In this document: positions 9,498-19,964 of the stretch, one piece after another
Numbering within the stretch: position 1 is the first letter of the stretch
Layout of the letters: each line of letters starts with the position of its first letter
IMG/VR virus record: IMGVR_UViG_3300033418_000001
Span: 1 to 64,000 of that record
Source: a virus
DNA: 64,000 bases
Strand: one strand, 5' to 3'
The notes under the pieces: model-generated
Database searches by the model: none
Told to the model about the DNA's origin: nothing
The model's input: the letters and a program-made list of their open reading frames with translations, nothing else
Translations under genes and position numbers: made by a program

Positions 9498-10667
9498 TTA
9501 GGCGTCCCATGTGTCCGAAGTCTCCACGATCAGTTGCCCCGCTGCCGAGACGTTGATCACTTCGAAGGTCTTGCCTTCCAACGGCGTGCCCGCCACACCG
9601 GAGAAGGTGTCGAGGTGGCTGAGGGGGCGGTTGTGGCACGGTGCCCACAACCCGGGGAGATGGCCACGGATGCCGTTGGTGGTCTCGCTGATCCAAATCG
9701 GCGACAGCATGATGCCGCCCTCCACGCCGACCGGGTAGGTCATGCCATTGGCGCCAATGTCCGTGGCGCCGTTGCAGAACACCGAGTTGAGGTGCTTGCC
9801 GACGTTCACCGCACCGGCGACAGCAGTGTAGGACCGCGCGATGTAATGACCCGAGGAGGCCGTGAGCGCGGCGGAAGCGTTGGCGATACGGATGGCCGTG
9901 GTAGTGGCACTGGCCACGATGTCGCCGATGACGATGGTGTGGTAGGCGTCGGAGTTCTTGTACGACGTGATGTCGCCGAAGCACATGCCATTGCCGACCG
10001 TGGTGAGGCCACTGTACTGGCAGAAGAAGTAGAAGATTTTGCCGTTGCTGAACATCTGCCACGGGCGCACCGTGGCATCTGCGGTGGACGAGCGCGGCTG
10101 AAACAGGCCACCGGTAAGCTGCACCCCCGTGGGGAAAGGTCCGGTACCGTTGGCGTCCGCCGGTCCCGCTGCCGTCGCCACTTCAAAGCCACGGAACTTG
10201 GCGTTCTGCGCCACCGTGTTGGTGTCATCGAGCGCGAAGTAGAAGCGGTTGCCTTGGCCCGTGCCGGGGCGGTAGGTGGCGAGGTTGGTGCCGGAGAAGG
10301 ACTTGGCCCACCCAAGCGGGGAACGCACCACCGTGGCCGTACCGGTGGCGGGGGTGCCCGAAGGGTCCGCAAGCGGGCAGGTGATGGTGTTGGCATCCAC
10401 CACCGTCACCGTCTTGTTGGTGATGTTGTAGCCCGCCGGGGAGAGGCCGGTGACGGTGAGGACGACACCTGCGGCACCCACCGGCATTCCGTGCCCGGTC
10501 TTGGTGAAGGTGGCCGTGCCCCCTGCCCACGACGCGCTCCACCCCGTGGCCGACGAGTTGACGCCGTTGATGAGCATGGCGTCCATCGCGGTGATCAACG
10601 TACCTGCGGTAGAGCCTTGCACCCCCGCAAGTCCCGTCTCCGTGCTACGAAACGCCCATGTCGTCAT
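9498..10667 (-). CDS. Tail fibre-related protein
   Basis: GTLITAMDAMLING...GWAKSFSGTNLATYR; ends VETSDTWDA; carries an inserted TATFT..GHG..TVTG..GYN domain also seen in 11053..11598. Confidence 0.6.
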   Translation of the reverse strand: MTTWAFRSTETGLAGVQGSTAGTLITAMDAMLINGVNSSATGWSASWAGGTATFTKTGHGMPVGAAGVVLTVTGLSPAGYNITNKTVTVVDANTITCPLADPSGTPATGTATVVRSPLGWAKSFSGTNLATYRPGTGQGNRFYFALDDTNTVAQNAKFRGFEVATAAGPADANGTGPFPTGVQLTGGLFQPRSSTADATVRPWQMFSNGKIFYFFCQYSGLTTVGNGMCFGDITSYKNSDAYHTIVIGDIVASATTTAIRIANASAALTASSGHYIARSYTAVAGAVNVGKHLNSVFCNGATDIGANGMTYPVGVEGGIMLSPIWISETTNGIRGHLPGLWAPCHNRPLSHLDTFSGVAGTPLEGKTFEVINVSAAGQLIVETSDTWDA

Positions 10668-10668
10668 G

Positions 10669-11022
10669 TCAGACCACCCTTGTGTACTCTTGGATCAGCT
10701 TCATGGTGCCGAAGGACAGCTTGTCGATGCGCGTGCTAGGCGCGGGCCACGTGAGTTCCGCGTCGAAGCCGATCTTCTCCCACGTCTCGCCCACCGTCAT
10801 GTCGGGCGTGATGACGAACTGCACCAGTCCGTTGAGGCCGTCGATAGAGCCGGTCACGTCCAACAGCGGCGGATCAGCATCCGTGACCTCCTGCCGTGAG
10901 TGCAGGCGCGCAGTGCACCCGGTGATGTTCACGACGGCGCCGAGGTCGTCCACCACCTTGTAGGTGTGTTCCCACGTGGCGCCTTGGTAGATCGTGAAGT
11001 CCTGTCGCTTGGGTTCGATCAT
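10669..11022 (-). CDS. Small tail or baseplate adaptor-like protein
   Basis: DFTIYQGATW...VNITGCTAR...GLVQFVI...FDAEL pattern typical of small phage tail-fibre attachment proteins. Confidence 0.55.
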   Translation of the reverse strand: MIEPKRQDFTIYQGATWEHTYKVVDDLGAVVNITGCTARLHSRQEVTDADPPLLDVTGSIDGLNGLVQFVITPDMTVGETWEKIGFDAELTWPAPSTRIDKLSFGTMKLIQEYTRVV

Positions 11023-11036
11023 GGCGAAGCCTTTCG

Positions 11037-11050
11037 TGCAGACATCTGCA
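11037..11050. repeat. Dispersed palindrome copy 2 (CA type), intergenic
   Basis: Exact match; 2 nt after the stop ending at 11053. Confidence 0.9.
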
Positions 11051-11052
11051 AA

Positions 11053-11598
11053 TTAGGCTCCGTAGCCCTGCTGCGCGAACGCCTTGTAGTCGCCCGCCCC
11101 CGCGCTGCGCCGCACCCGCACGTAGGGCATCGGGGTGGCCCACTGCACGATGGTGGTGACCGTGGTGGTGATGTCGGCCCCTTCCTGCAACCACGCGCCG
11201 AGGGGATGCAGCCGCTTCTCGATCTTGAACGTGCTGCCCGCCACGGAGTCGAGTTGGATGCCCCGCACGCCCTTGGCGGTGTAGGACTCGCCCGTGTCGA
11301 TGATCTGCATGTTGTTGCCCACCGCAGGCGTGGCTTCGGTGCCCGCCACCGTGTAGGTGAGCGTGTCGCCGTCCGTGGCCGTCAGGGACTTGGAGCCGTT
11401 GTAGCCCGCCACGTCGGCGCCCTCGATGGTGTAGGTGCCGGTGGCGAGGCCGTGACCATACGCCTTGATCGTGGCCGTGGTGCCCACGCGCGTGATCGAG
11501 GAGATGACCACCCGCTTGCAAACCTTGGGCGTGGCGGCGGTGTCGGCGATCACGGAAACCGGGGCGCCGGGAACGACTTGGATTGCGGGGTCAGCCAT
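11053..11598 (-). CDS. Virion protein with FCCH-like beta domain
   Basis: ISSITRVGTTATI..HGL..G...IEGA...YNG...TLTYTV; AGGAG RBS upstream. Confidence 0.5.
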   Translation of the reverse strand: MADPAIQVVPGAPVSVIADTAATPKVCKRVVISSITRVGTTATIKAYGHGLATGTYTIEGADVAGYNGSKSLTATDGDTLTYTVAGTEATPAVGNNMQIIDTGESYTAKGVRGIQLDSVAGSTFKIEKRLHPLGAWLQEGADITTTVTTIVQWATPMPYVRVRRSAGAGDYKAFAQQGYGA

Positions 11599-11650
11599 GA
11601 TGCTCTCCTTCTAGGGGTGGGTGAATAGTGGCACAGGGGGGGCCACCGAA

Positions 11651-14437
11651 CTAGGCTTGGGTCACGGTGAAGTCATCGAACAGGAAGTGGGTGGCGTTGT
11701 ACGTGAACGACGCCCCGATGCAGAACTCGATCACCCCGTCCACCGTTGGCGTGTAGGTCAGGGTGACCTGCTCCCACTCCCCATAGAGGAGCGGGTTGGA
11801 CTCGGCGCGCAGCAAGGGCTGACCGGCCCCCAACTGCTTGGCTTCCGCCCACAGGCACACGTAGTCGATGTAGAGCAGGGAGTCCCGCTTCACCCACACC
11901 GAGGCGGTGATCAGGTGGTTGGCCTTGACCGCCACCCGGGCCAGTGGGAACTTGAAGTGCGTCTCATCATGGGCGCGGCGGTAGGAGTTGGCGAGGTTCT
12001 GGAACTTCCACCCTGTGTTGCCCACGATGCGCGCGAACTCGGTCCCCGGGTACACCCAGAAGTCCGAGGTCAGGATCATGGTGTCCTTGACGAACTGCTC
12101 GATCCCCGAGAGCCACTTCAGGCCCGAGCAGCGGAAGATGCGGCAACTGTCTTCGAAGTCCACGTAGGGGGCGAGGTTGGCGCCGTTGCCTGCGTTGGTG
12201 CTGCCGCCGTAGGAGTAGTAGGCGATGGAGGCAGTCTGCAACTCCCCTGCGAAGGTGCAGTCGGCGACCACCATCTTCGGCCCCGGGATGATGGGGTGGA
12301 TGTACTGCGACGAGCCGATCACGGTGTTGGTGACCGACGTGTTGCGGCAGGTGAGAGAGCCGCCCTGCCCGCTGTTCAACGTGAAGTTGGTGAGCGTGCA
12401 GCCCTCGATGTCGATGCGCTTGCCGAAGGTGTTCTGAAACTGCACCGGGGAAGGACTGAAGTCGGACACCGTGTTGGTGAGGGTGCAGTTCTCCAAGCGC
12501 AGGTCCGCTGCCGCCCAACTACCCACGATGCTGCCGCTGTTGACGAGGTTGGGGAAGGAGCAGTTCCGCAGGTACATGTTGGTCATGCTCTGCGGCTTGG
12601 TCATGGTGCGGGTGCAGGTGTAGTTGACCAACTCGATGCCGTACTTGGACGCCCAGTGGTAGCCCCCGGTGCACGTCGAGCCGGAGTAAGTGCCCCCAGT
12701 CATCGTGCGCTGCTCTGTGATGGTGGCTTCGCAGATGCCGCGCCCTTGAAGGTTGAGGCCGACGCCATCCATCAGCAGCGCGCCGTGGATGCGCCACCGC
12801 CCCACGGTGTTGGTGTAGTTGCCCGTCTGCAACGTGCTTTCGCTGCCGATGAACTCGCACCCGTTCTTGAACTCCCACGTGGTCTCGGGGTCATCGAGGA
12901 ACACCGAGTTGCTGTTGTAGGTCTTCAGCAGCAGCGTGCCGCGACGGAATTTGCACCCATCGAAGGTCACGGTGCCCTTCGACCCCCACGTGTTGTCGCC
13001 GCCGATGTTGGAGCGGTAGAACCGGCAGTTGGTGAGGTTGCCGTTGAAGATGTTGGTCTGACTGAAGTAGTAGGTGCCCCCCATGAAGAAGGACTCGCTC
13101 GCGTCCCACCGAAACAGTCGCGGGTACCCACTGCTGCCGCCGTTGTAGAAGCCCTGCCCACCATTGGCACTGGCGTTGAACCACGCGCAGTTGGTGTGGT
13201 ACATGTCGAAGGGGTTGATGTTGGAGTTCGCGGTCACCTGCTGCCCGAGACCCCCTGATGCTGCGGCCCAGATGTTCCGCAACACCTGCCGCGTCTTCCC
13301 TTGCGAAGCGACGTTGCGGTAGAACAGGCTCTCGTTGAGGCCGTGCATCACCGCGAGGAAGGTCACTCCCGTCACGGTGTCGCTTCCGGTGTCCCACCCC
13401 CCGATGTACTCAAGGTAGTTGGAGGAGAGGCCCGTGGTGTCCCCCTTCTCCATGGGGAACAGCGACGTGGTGTAGTCCTGCGTCATGTCCGCCGCGAGCA
13501 GGAACACCGGGCGCCGCGCCTTCAACACCAGATTGGTCCACCCGTTGTAGCACCCGCCGTTGCTGATGGTGGTGCCCGGGGCGCCGCCCACGGTGAAGTA
13601 GAGGACCGGCGCCGACGTGTCGCCGTTGTCGATCCAAGAGACTTGGAAGCACTCCTTGTAGTCCTGCTCGTACACCCAGTCCCCGGCCATGACCGTGGGG
13701 TTGGCGCCGTAGACCATGAACGTGGCGATGTCCAAGGGTGAGGAGTTCGCCACCACACTGGCCCCGCTGTACAGCGCGATGGAGCGCACCGTGGAGGACA
13801 GCGCACCGCCCTTGCGGAACGTGACCCACTGCCCGTAGCTGCCACTTGAGGAAGCGTAGTTGCTCAGGTTGTCGATGGTGATCGTCTCCACTGCCGTGTC
13901 GCCTGCGGCATCGGAGCAGAGCTTGATCACCCAACTGGTACTACCGAAGCGGGTGTTCGCCTCGGGGTGGTACAGCCAGAAGGTGATGTCCTCGTAGGTG
14001 CTGAGGTCCATCGACACGCCCAAGTCGCACACGCTGTACTTGGTGTTGGCCACCGTGGTGGACGGGAACGAAGTCCGCCATGAGTTCGTCTGCGGGTTGT
14101 CCGCCGAGGAACCGTGGGGTGCCGCCTGCCCCCGCGCGAAGTTGGACGACGACACCGTGGCCGAGTTGTACCCGGTGAGAGTGACCCCGGTGTTGGCCGA
14201 GCGGATGAGCAGCTTGCATCCGAGACTGGTGTCGCCGGTCATCTTGCCGACGTTGACCGTGCCCGCCCACAGGCCCGTCACCTCGCGGATCGGGCTGTCG
14301 GTCTTGGCGATCTTGATGCGATCCCCCGGCCCCGGGTTCAGCAACTCGGCAGCGCGCACGTCGCGCTTGGCCTGCGCCCACGACAAGCCTGTGTTGGCGT
14401 TGTTGCCCCCCGGGTAGTTCACATAGTAATCAGTCAT
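11651..14437 (-). CDS. Tailspike or receptor-binding protein with beta-helix-like region
   Basis: YYVN..GNNANTGLSWAQAK N-terminus, Asn/Cys-rich LxNCx(F/L) repeats and a C-terminal CBM-like segment (ASVWVK...WEQVTLTYTP...FDDF). Confidence 0.6.
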   Translation of the reverse strand: MTDYYVNYPGGNNANTGLSWAQAKRDVRAAELLNPGPGDRIKIAKTDSPIREVTGLWAGTVNVGKMTGDTSLGCKLLIRSANTGVTLTGYNSATVSSSNFARGQAAPHGSSADNPQTNSWRTSFPSTTVANTKYSVCDLGVSMDLSTYEDITFWLYHPEANTRFGSTSWVIKLCSDAAGDTAVETITIDNLSNYASSSGSYGQWVTFRKGGALSSTVRSIALYSGASVVANSSPLDIATFMVYGANPTVMAGDWVYEQDYKECFQVSWIDNGDTSAPVLYFTVGGAPGTTISNGGCYNGWTNLVLKARRPVFLLAADMTQDYTTSLFPMEKGDTTGLSSNYLEYIGGWDTGSDTVTGVTFLAVMHGLNESLFYRNVASQGKTRQVLRNIWAAASGGLGQQVTANSNINPFDMYHTNCAWFNASANGGQGFYNGGSSGYPRLFRWDASESFFMGGTYYFSQTNIFNGNLTNCRFYRSNIGGDNTWGSKGTVTFDGCKFRRGTLLLKTYNSNSVFLDDPETTWEFKNGCEFIGSESTLQTGNYTNTVGRWRIHGALLMDGVGLNLQGRGICEATITEQRTMTGGTYSGSTCTGGYHWASKYGIELVNYTCTRTMTKPQSMTNMYLRNCSFPNLVNSGSIVGSWAAADLRLENCTLTNTVSDFSPSPVQFQNTFGKRIDIEGCTLTNFTLNSGQGGSLTCRNTSVTNTVIGSSQYIHPIIPGPKMVVADCTFAGELQTASIAYYSYGGSTNAGNGANLAPYVDFEDSCRIFRCSGLKWLSGIEQFVKDTMILTSDFWVYPGTEFARIVGNTGWKFQNLANSYRRAHDETHFKFPLARVAVKANHLITASVWVKRDSLLYIDYVCLWAEAKQLGAGQPLLRAESNPLLYGEWEQVTLTYTPTVDGVIEFCIGASFTYNATHFLFDDFTVTQA

Positions 14438-14440
14438 GGG

Positions 14441-14677
14441 TCACACCGAGTAGTGCGGGAGGCTCGATTCCTCGGTCACCTTGCCGATGAAGAGTTCCCC
14501 TTGGTAGCGTACCTTGTTGCCCGCCACGTAGCTACCGGGGTTGGGCACCTTGAAGTTGCGCGGCCCATTGGGGGACGAGATGGACACCACGTCGCCGTTG
14601 ACGCCGGTCACCGTGCCCTGACGGATGTCGTTGCGCGGAACGATCAGCTTCCGCAGGTCGTTCATGATCTTGCTCAT
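14441..14677 (-). CDS. Small tail-tip protein
   Basis: ATGA overlap with upstream gene; QGTVTGVNGD OB-like segment. Confidence 0.5.
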   Translation of the reverse strand: MSKIMNDLRKLIVPRNDIRQGTVTGVNGDVVSISSPNGPRNFKVPNPGSYVAGNKVRYQGELFIGKVTEESSLPHYSV

Positions 14678-14973
14678 GACATCCTCTCGATGGTGAGGCG
14701 GGTGGACATCTTGGCGCCCTCGATGGCGCTGTCGATGGCCACGATCTTTCCCCGCCACGCTTCGCCCTGCAACGAGTCGATCACCTCCACCGTCTGCCCG
14801 GTCTTCAGGCCGGGGCGGAAGTTTGCAGACATCTGCACAGAGCGCATGTAGGCACTGCGGTCGATTTCCACCTGCCCCCGTGACAGCGCCGGAGCGAGGT
14901 CCGTGAGTAGCGGTTCGATGATGTCCTCGCCGCGCCGGTCTCCGGCGAAGCGCGACACGAAGATGTCGATCAT
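14674..14973 (-). CDS. Tail-tip protein
   Basis: Coupled overlap; PGLKTGQTVEVID...GKIVAI resembles phage tail hub C-terminal barrels. Confidence 0.5.
   Translation of the reverse strand: MIDIFVSRFAGDRRGEDIIEPLLTDLAPALSRGQVEIDRSAYMRSVQMSANFRPGLKTGQTVEVIDSLQGEAWRGKIVAIDSAIEGAKMSTRLTIERMS
14824..14837. repeat. Dispersed palindrome copy 3 (CA type), intragenic
   Basis: Exact match. Confidence 0.9.
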
Positions 14974-15470
14974 GGCGTGGTCCCCTCGATGTAGACGATC
15001 ACGGTGACGTTGGGCACGCCGTTGATGGCGGACACCCCCGAGAGCCGGTAGGCCGTCGCCACGGTGTTGTACGTGGCTTGGTACACCGACAGCACGGGCC
15101 GACTGGCCTTCACGTTGGTCTCGCTGACGGTCAGCGAAGCCACCTCACCGCCGATGTGGCGCCACGACACCCCGCCGCTTGGCGGCTTGGACAGGTTGGC
15201 CGTGTTCGACTTCACGAAGGTCACCGTCTCCACCACGGGCACCACGATGCCGCTCCCGGCGCCCGAGATGCCGCCTGCGGTGGTGGTCTGCGTGATGGTC
15301 ACCGCCGACGACTTGTAGACGAGGTAGACCGGCGAATCGCCGATCACGAAACTGGTGATGCCCCGGTTGAGGCCGTCCGGTCGCGCGTCGATTTCCGCCG
15401 ACAAGTGGTAGCTCTTCGACTGATTGGGATCAGAGAAGCTGACGACGATGGAGGTGGTGACTTGTCCCAT
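14970..15470 (-). CDS. Tail protein
   Basis: Tail context; ETVTF...LSKP motif shared with 24761..26107 and the C-terminus of 15472..19959. Confidence 0.5.
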   Translation of the reverse strand: MGQVTTSIVVSFSDPNQSKSYHLSAEIDARPDGLNRGITSFVIGDSPVYLVYKSSAVTITQTTTAGGISGAGSGIVVPVVETVTFVKSNTANLSKPPSGGVSWRHIGGEVASLTVSETNVKASRPVLSVYQATYNTVATAYRLSGVSAINGVPNVTVIVYIEGTTP

Positions 15471-15471
15471 G

Positions 15472-18400
15472 CTATGCCCCTGTGTCTTCCATGAGGATCA
15501 GGGCGTGTGTGTCGCCCACCCCGGTGATGTGGTACGTGTAGACCCACGAATTGTAGGTGACCGTGGCCAAGGCCCGCCCGTAGTTGGTGGCGCTCGATGC
15601 GTTGAGGACCGACGATCCCGGGGTGTAGGACAGCCCGCCCAGAGGTGTGGACCACCACTTGATGGTGGTGAGGGAGTCGATGGGGTGCGACAGCCCCGCC
15701 TGCCCTTCCACGAACTCCACCATCTCCTCGTACTCCTTCCACTCCTGCCCGATGTAGACGAGGTTGGAGGTGAGCGGCGCCTGCGTGTTGATCAGGCGGA
15801 AGGTGCTGCGGATCGGCGATGGGTACACGTAGACCTTGCCCGCCGTGGGACTCAGCGTCCCCGTGGGGTCGCCCTTCTCGTCCCTACCACCATCGGGGAT
15901 CAGGTCCGCCTCGTACTCCAAGCGATCCGCGAAGGCCGTCTCGCCCTCGCTGATGCGGAACAGGTTGTACTCCTCGCGCACCTCATGGTCCTCGGACACC
16001 GACAGCGTGTCTTCGGCGTCAGTGAAGGTGTGGTCCACTGAGGCCGTGGCGAAGCGATGCGCGGCCACCGGGTAGAGCAGGCGCACGGTGAGGTTGCCGT
16101 TCTTCTCCGCTTGGAGGATGGCACCCATGGCGCCGAGCAGCGTGCGCGCCGCTTCCAACGGCGTCACGTCTTCGAAAGCGATGCGGTGCATCGGCAGCAT
16201 CCAATCGGGAGCGTTCCACGTGGTGATGGCACGCCCGAGGATGGTTTCCACCGCCGTGCGGCACGACACCGGGGCCAGATCGTTGGTGTAGCTGATCTGT
16301 TCCGCGAACGGCGCGTCGAGCAGCACGCAGTCGGACTTTGCAGACATCTGCACGTCCACCTTGGCAGGTCCGCTGCGGTCGATGGTCTTCCCGGTGACGA
16401 TCATCGTGTACTCCTCGCCCCCGAGGTCCAACACCATCACGTCGTAGTCGTTGATGCCCACGTAGTCGTTGATGTCGGCGAGGCGGATGCGCGCTTCCCA
16501 CGCCACGTTGTCTTCCGACTGCGACACCACGGCGTCCGCTACCGGCACCGTGCGCCCGTTCACCGTCACCGACGCTGCCGAGGCCACCAGTGTGGCCGTG
16601 CCTTCCATGAGAGACCAGAACGCTTTGCTTTCCTGCCGCGCGACGTTGGTGGACTTGATGTCCCACTCCATGCCGTGCCCCTTCTGCACGGTGTAGGAGG
16701 CCGAGTAGGGCGCCACGTGCGCGGCCTGCGGCTGTCCCATCAGCGAGTACGGGGACTCCATGGCGACCGTCACGTAGTCGCCCCCGTCGTAGGGGACGCT
16801 GTGAGGCTGCGCCACCGGCACGTTGTTCCACAGGCGGTACTGCACTTCGTGCGCGAGGCTGAGGGGCAGCGAGGCCGAGTAGTCCGCTTGGTTGTCCATG
16901 GCCACGCTGTATTGCAGCGGGGCTTCGTGTTGGACCGCCACTCGGCACCCGTAGGATAGCGAGTGCGTCGCCGCCACGCGGGTGCTGTAGGTGGCCTCAT
17001 GGGCAGCAGTGACCGGCGTGTAGGCCGTCACGTCCCACTGCCCGGTGAGCAGTTCGATCAGCGCCCCGTTGAAGGTGCTGTTGACGTTCAGTAGGACTTC
17101 CATCTGCACCTCAGCTAGATCGAGGAAGACATTGGTCAGGTACCACCCTTGGTAGTCTGACGGCATTCCATAACTCGGGGGCACCAACCCGTAAGCCATG
17201 CCCATGTACGCGAACATGTCCCGCGTACCCCAGTCCCGAATGATGTTGGCGCGGTGCCCGGGGCTGTACCACCACGCATCGAATGCCTGTTTGGGGGTAG
17301 GGAAAGTGTAGTCGTTGAGAATGACACCTGATCTGGCCGAGGGGTTCGCCGGGGTATAAGCGTTGATGCCAGCGAAGTAGAGCAGGATGTTCTCACCCCC
17401 CACCCCATCCCGACTCCCGGCGATCACGTGGCGCTGCGCGGCGGTCTCGCGCCCTACCGGAAACCCGGCATCATCGTGTTGGAAGATGCGCGTCGCCGCC
17501 ATGTCCTCCGAATGAAGCTGCGCGGAATCGAGGTGGTTGGTGTAGGTGGTCAGTGTAGGCAGCAGGTAGGGCGGCAGACCGAAGTACGCGCGCTTCTCGT
17601 TGGCAAGGACTAAGAACTCCTCCAACCACGTGATCCCGTAGTGGGGCGAGGTGAGCATCAGCCCAAGCTCGTTGGTATCCGGCGTCGGTTGCGTGACACC
17701 ACCACCCCCGCCACCACCCATGATCCCTTCGTAGTCGTACAGTTCGAAGTCGAACCACAGCGCGTGGGTGTCGTTGGGGTAGCCTGTGTAGGGGCCGATG
17801 TTGACGCCGAGCAGGCCGTACAACTCGGTGTGTCCTGCGTGCGTGCCTTCGAAGTACGACGAGGCCGTGACCTTCCAAGCGTCATACAACTCCTGCGGCG
17901 TGGGCACCGTGTAGTCATTGACGATGGTGCGTCCGGTGGCCGTGTCGAGGTCGCCGTTGAGATTGAAGTCGGCCTGCAACCGCTTGAGCGTGATCAAGCC
18001 GTAGCCGGAGGCGTTCATGGAGTGCGAGCGCCGATCCACCCACGTCTGGTAACCCGCCGGGAAGGAGGCGTCTTCGGACGCGAACAGGGGCACCGCCGCC
18101 ATGTTGTCGGCGTGCGTCTGCGACACATCCTCGCTGCCGAGCAGGCGCGCGGGCGTCATGTGCTGATACAGGTTCAGACCGAGAGCCTGACGGTCTACGT
18201 TGATGCAGTCGATGAAGGCGTCGGAATAGCCCACGGACCAGTGCAGGTTGGTGATCGACTGTTCATGCACGATGCGGATCATCTTGACGCTGACAGTGGC
18301 CGTCAGCCCGATGTCCACCGTGACCGGCATGTACCACCGGAAGACGCCCGAAAAGCTCACGCTCATGGTGAGGCCGATGTCCACCGTCACCGGCATGTAG

Positions 18401-19959
18401 GACACCACGTCCGTGTCCGCGCAGTCGTAGTACAGGTCCACGTAGACACTCTTCGTCACCGTGGTAGTGATGGCGACGAAGTTGCTTGGCGCGAGGTAGA
18501 TGTCCACCTTGGGCGGACCCACCGGCACCGGCACCACGGCAACGCTGAGGCCGAGGTCGCAAGTGACGCCGATGTTGCACGTGCGCGTGGTCCACCAGTC
18601 AATCCACGTTGCCGCTTGCCATGCAGGCCCGAAGGAACCCCACACGAAGGACTTGCCCGTGACCCCGCTCGCTGAGTTCCACGACTTGTACGTGGTGTTG
18701 GACGAGTTGATGAAGTAGGTCATGATGGGCTTGTCGTCATTCAGGACAGCCCAACTCGATGCCACCGTGTTGGAGGTGGCGTCGTCACAGCAAGCGTAGA
18801 GTTCGTGCCCATACAGGGCAAGGTTGCTGTAGTACAGCGAGCGATAGCGGTAGAGGACGTGGTAGACCTGATCGCCGTTGATTTCCAACGTGTCCGCCAC
18901 CAAGCCACCAAGCCTGCCGCTCGTCGCGTTCAGCGTGTCTTTGAGCAGCACTGTGGGCGCACTGGCCGTGCCCGCCGTCCACGTCACCTTGACGCACACC
19001 CCATTGAGCATGAACTGCGCGAGGCGCGTGCCGTTGGACAACGTGGCGTAGGGCGCCAAGTCGTGCGGCGGCAAGCGGTTGCCCAACGTGTTGCCTACCC
19101 GACTGATGGTGTCCAACCACGTGGTGGCGAACTGCACCGGGTAAAGGTGATTGGACACCACGGCGTTGGTGACTGCGTTCATCACCAACACCCCGATGTG
19201 CGGGGCTATCGGCGGGTCAGCAAAGTTGTTGTACCCCGCACTGAAGTACACCATGTAGAAGTAGTCGCCGTCCTCCTCTGGGCGAATGAAGGTGGCCTTG
19301 GCAGGCAACACCGACATGTAGCTATCCCCGGTGAACGTGGGGATGACCACCTCGGTCTCCAACGCCGTGCCATTCCACTTGCGATAGCTGAGGATGGACA
19401 GGTCGCGGGCAAAGCCCCACACCGGCCACGTGCCGTTCGTCCACTGCCTCGGCGCGAAGACATAGGTGCAGTCGTTGTTGTGCTGATAGACCCCGATGGC
19501 GAAGAAGTCGTAGAGCGAGGGGTTAGAGCCTTCGTAACTGGTGCCCATCGAGAGGGAACGCAGCCACGCCGTCTGCGCGCCGCCATGCCGCTCAAGCGCG
19601 AAGATGGTATTGCTTTGCAGAGTGCCCGAGACGCCATGGCGCAGGGCCGGGTAGAGCCGAGAGGTGGTGTTGTCAGTGCCCCGGGCCAAGAACTCATGAC
19701 GGTAGGTCTCTGTGTCCTGCCATGTCGTGAGGGTGCTGTTGTCGGGGTAGGTTTGGTAGTACGGGTAGCCGCCCCAATCGCCACTGCTAGGGAAGCTGAC
19801 CGCCGTCACCGTACCCGAAGGCAGCGGGTCCGCCGCCGGATTGATGCTTCCCCCTGTGCAGTAGTAGACCCCGCCGCGCAGTTGCCAACGCGACATCATC
19901 TGACCCCCCATACCTGCGTAGGGGTAGAAGACCAACTTCGGGTAGTTGGCGAGAGCCAT
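15472..19959 (-). CDS. Large tail-tip/central-fibre protein with two CAP/SCP-like domains
   Basis: 1495 aa. NEKRA.FGL...AQLHSEDMA..FQHD...GENI...AFDAWWYSPGHRANI is a CAP signature, with a degenerate copy before it; C-terminus is tail-hub-like. Confidence 0.7.
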   Translation of the reverse strand: MALANYPKLVFYPYAGMGGQMMSRWQLRGGVYYCTGGSINPAADPLPSGTVTAVSFPSSGDWGGYPYYQTYPDNSTLTTWQDTETYRHEFLARGTDNTTSRLYPALRHGVSGTLQSNTIFALERHGGAQTAWLRSLSMGTSYEGSNPSLYDFFAIGVYQHNNDCTYVFAPRQWTNGTWPVWGFARDLSILSYRKWNGTALETEVVIPTFTGDSYMSVLPAKATFIRPEEDGDYFYMVYFSAGYNNFADPPIAPHIGVLVMNAVTNAVVSNHLYPVQFATTWLDTISRVGNTLGNRLPPHDLAPYATLSNGTRLAQFMLNGVCVKVTWTAGTASAPTVLLKDTLNATSGRLGGLVADTLEINGDQVYHVLYRYRSLYYSNLALYGHELYACCDDATSNTVASSWAVLNDDKPIMTYFINSSNTTYKSWNSASGVTGKSFVWGSFGPAWQAATWIDWWTTRTCNIGVTCDLGLSVAVVPVPVGPPKVDIYLAPSNFVAITTTVTKSVYVDLYYDCADTDVVSYMPVTVDIGLTMSVSFSGVFRWYMPVTVDIGLTATVSVKMIRIVHEQSITNLHWSVGYSDAFIDCINVDRQALGLNLYQHMTPARLLGSEDVSQTHADNMAAVPLFASEDASFPAGYQTWVDRRSHSMNASGYGLITLKRLQADFNLNGDLDTATGRTIVNDYTVPTPQELYDAWKVTASSYFEGTHAGHTELYGLLGVNIGPYTGYPNDTHALWFDFELYDYEGIMGGGGGGGVTQPTPDTNELGLMLTSPHYGITWLEEFLVLANEKRAYFGLPPYLLPTLTTYTNHLDSAQLHSEDMAATRIFQHDDAGFPVGRETAAQRHVIAGSRDGVGGENILLYFAGINAYTPANPSARSGVILNDYTFPTPKQAFDAWWYSPGHRANIIRDWGTRDMFAYMGMAYGLVPPSYGMPSDYQGWYLTNVFLDLAEVQMEVLLNVNSTFNGALIELLTGQWDVTAYTPVTAAHEATYSTRVAATHSLSYGCRVAVQHEAPLQYSVAMDNQADYSASLPLSLAHEVQYRLWNNVPVAQPHSVPYDGGDYVTVAMESPYSLMGQPQAAHVAPYSASYTVQKGHGMEWDIKSTNVARQESKAFWSLMEGTATLVASAASVTVNGRTVPVADAVVSQSEDNVAWEARIRLADINDYVGINDYDVMVLDLGGEEYTMIVTGKTIDRSGPAKVDVQMSAKSDCVLLDAPFAEQISYTNDLAPVSCRTAVETILGRAITTWNAPDWMLPMHRIAFEDVTPLEAARTLLGAMGAILQAEKNGNLTVRLLYPVAAHRFATASVDHTFTDAEDTLSVSEDHEVREEYNLFRISEGETAFADRLEYEADLIPDGGRDEKGDPTGTLSPTAGKVYVYPSPIRSTFRLINTQAPLTSNLVYIGQEWKEYEEMVEFVEGQAGLSHPIDSLTTIKWWSTPLGGLSYTPGSSVLNASSATNYGRALATVTYNSWVYTYHITGVGDTHALILMEDTGA
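16339..16352. repeat. Dispersed palindrome copy 4 (CA type), intragenic
   Basis: Exact match. Confidence 0.9.
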
Positions 19960-19964
19960 TGCGA

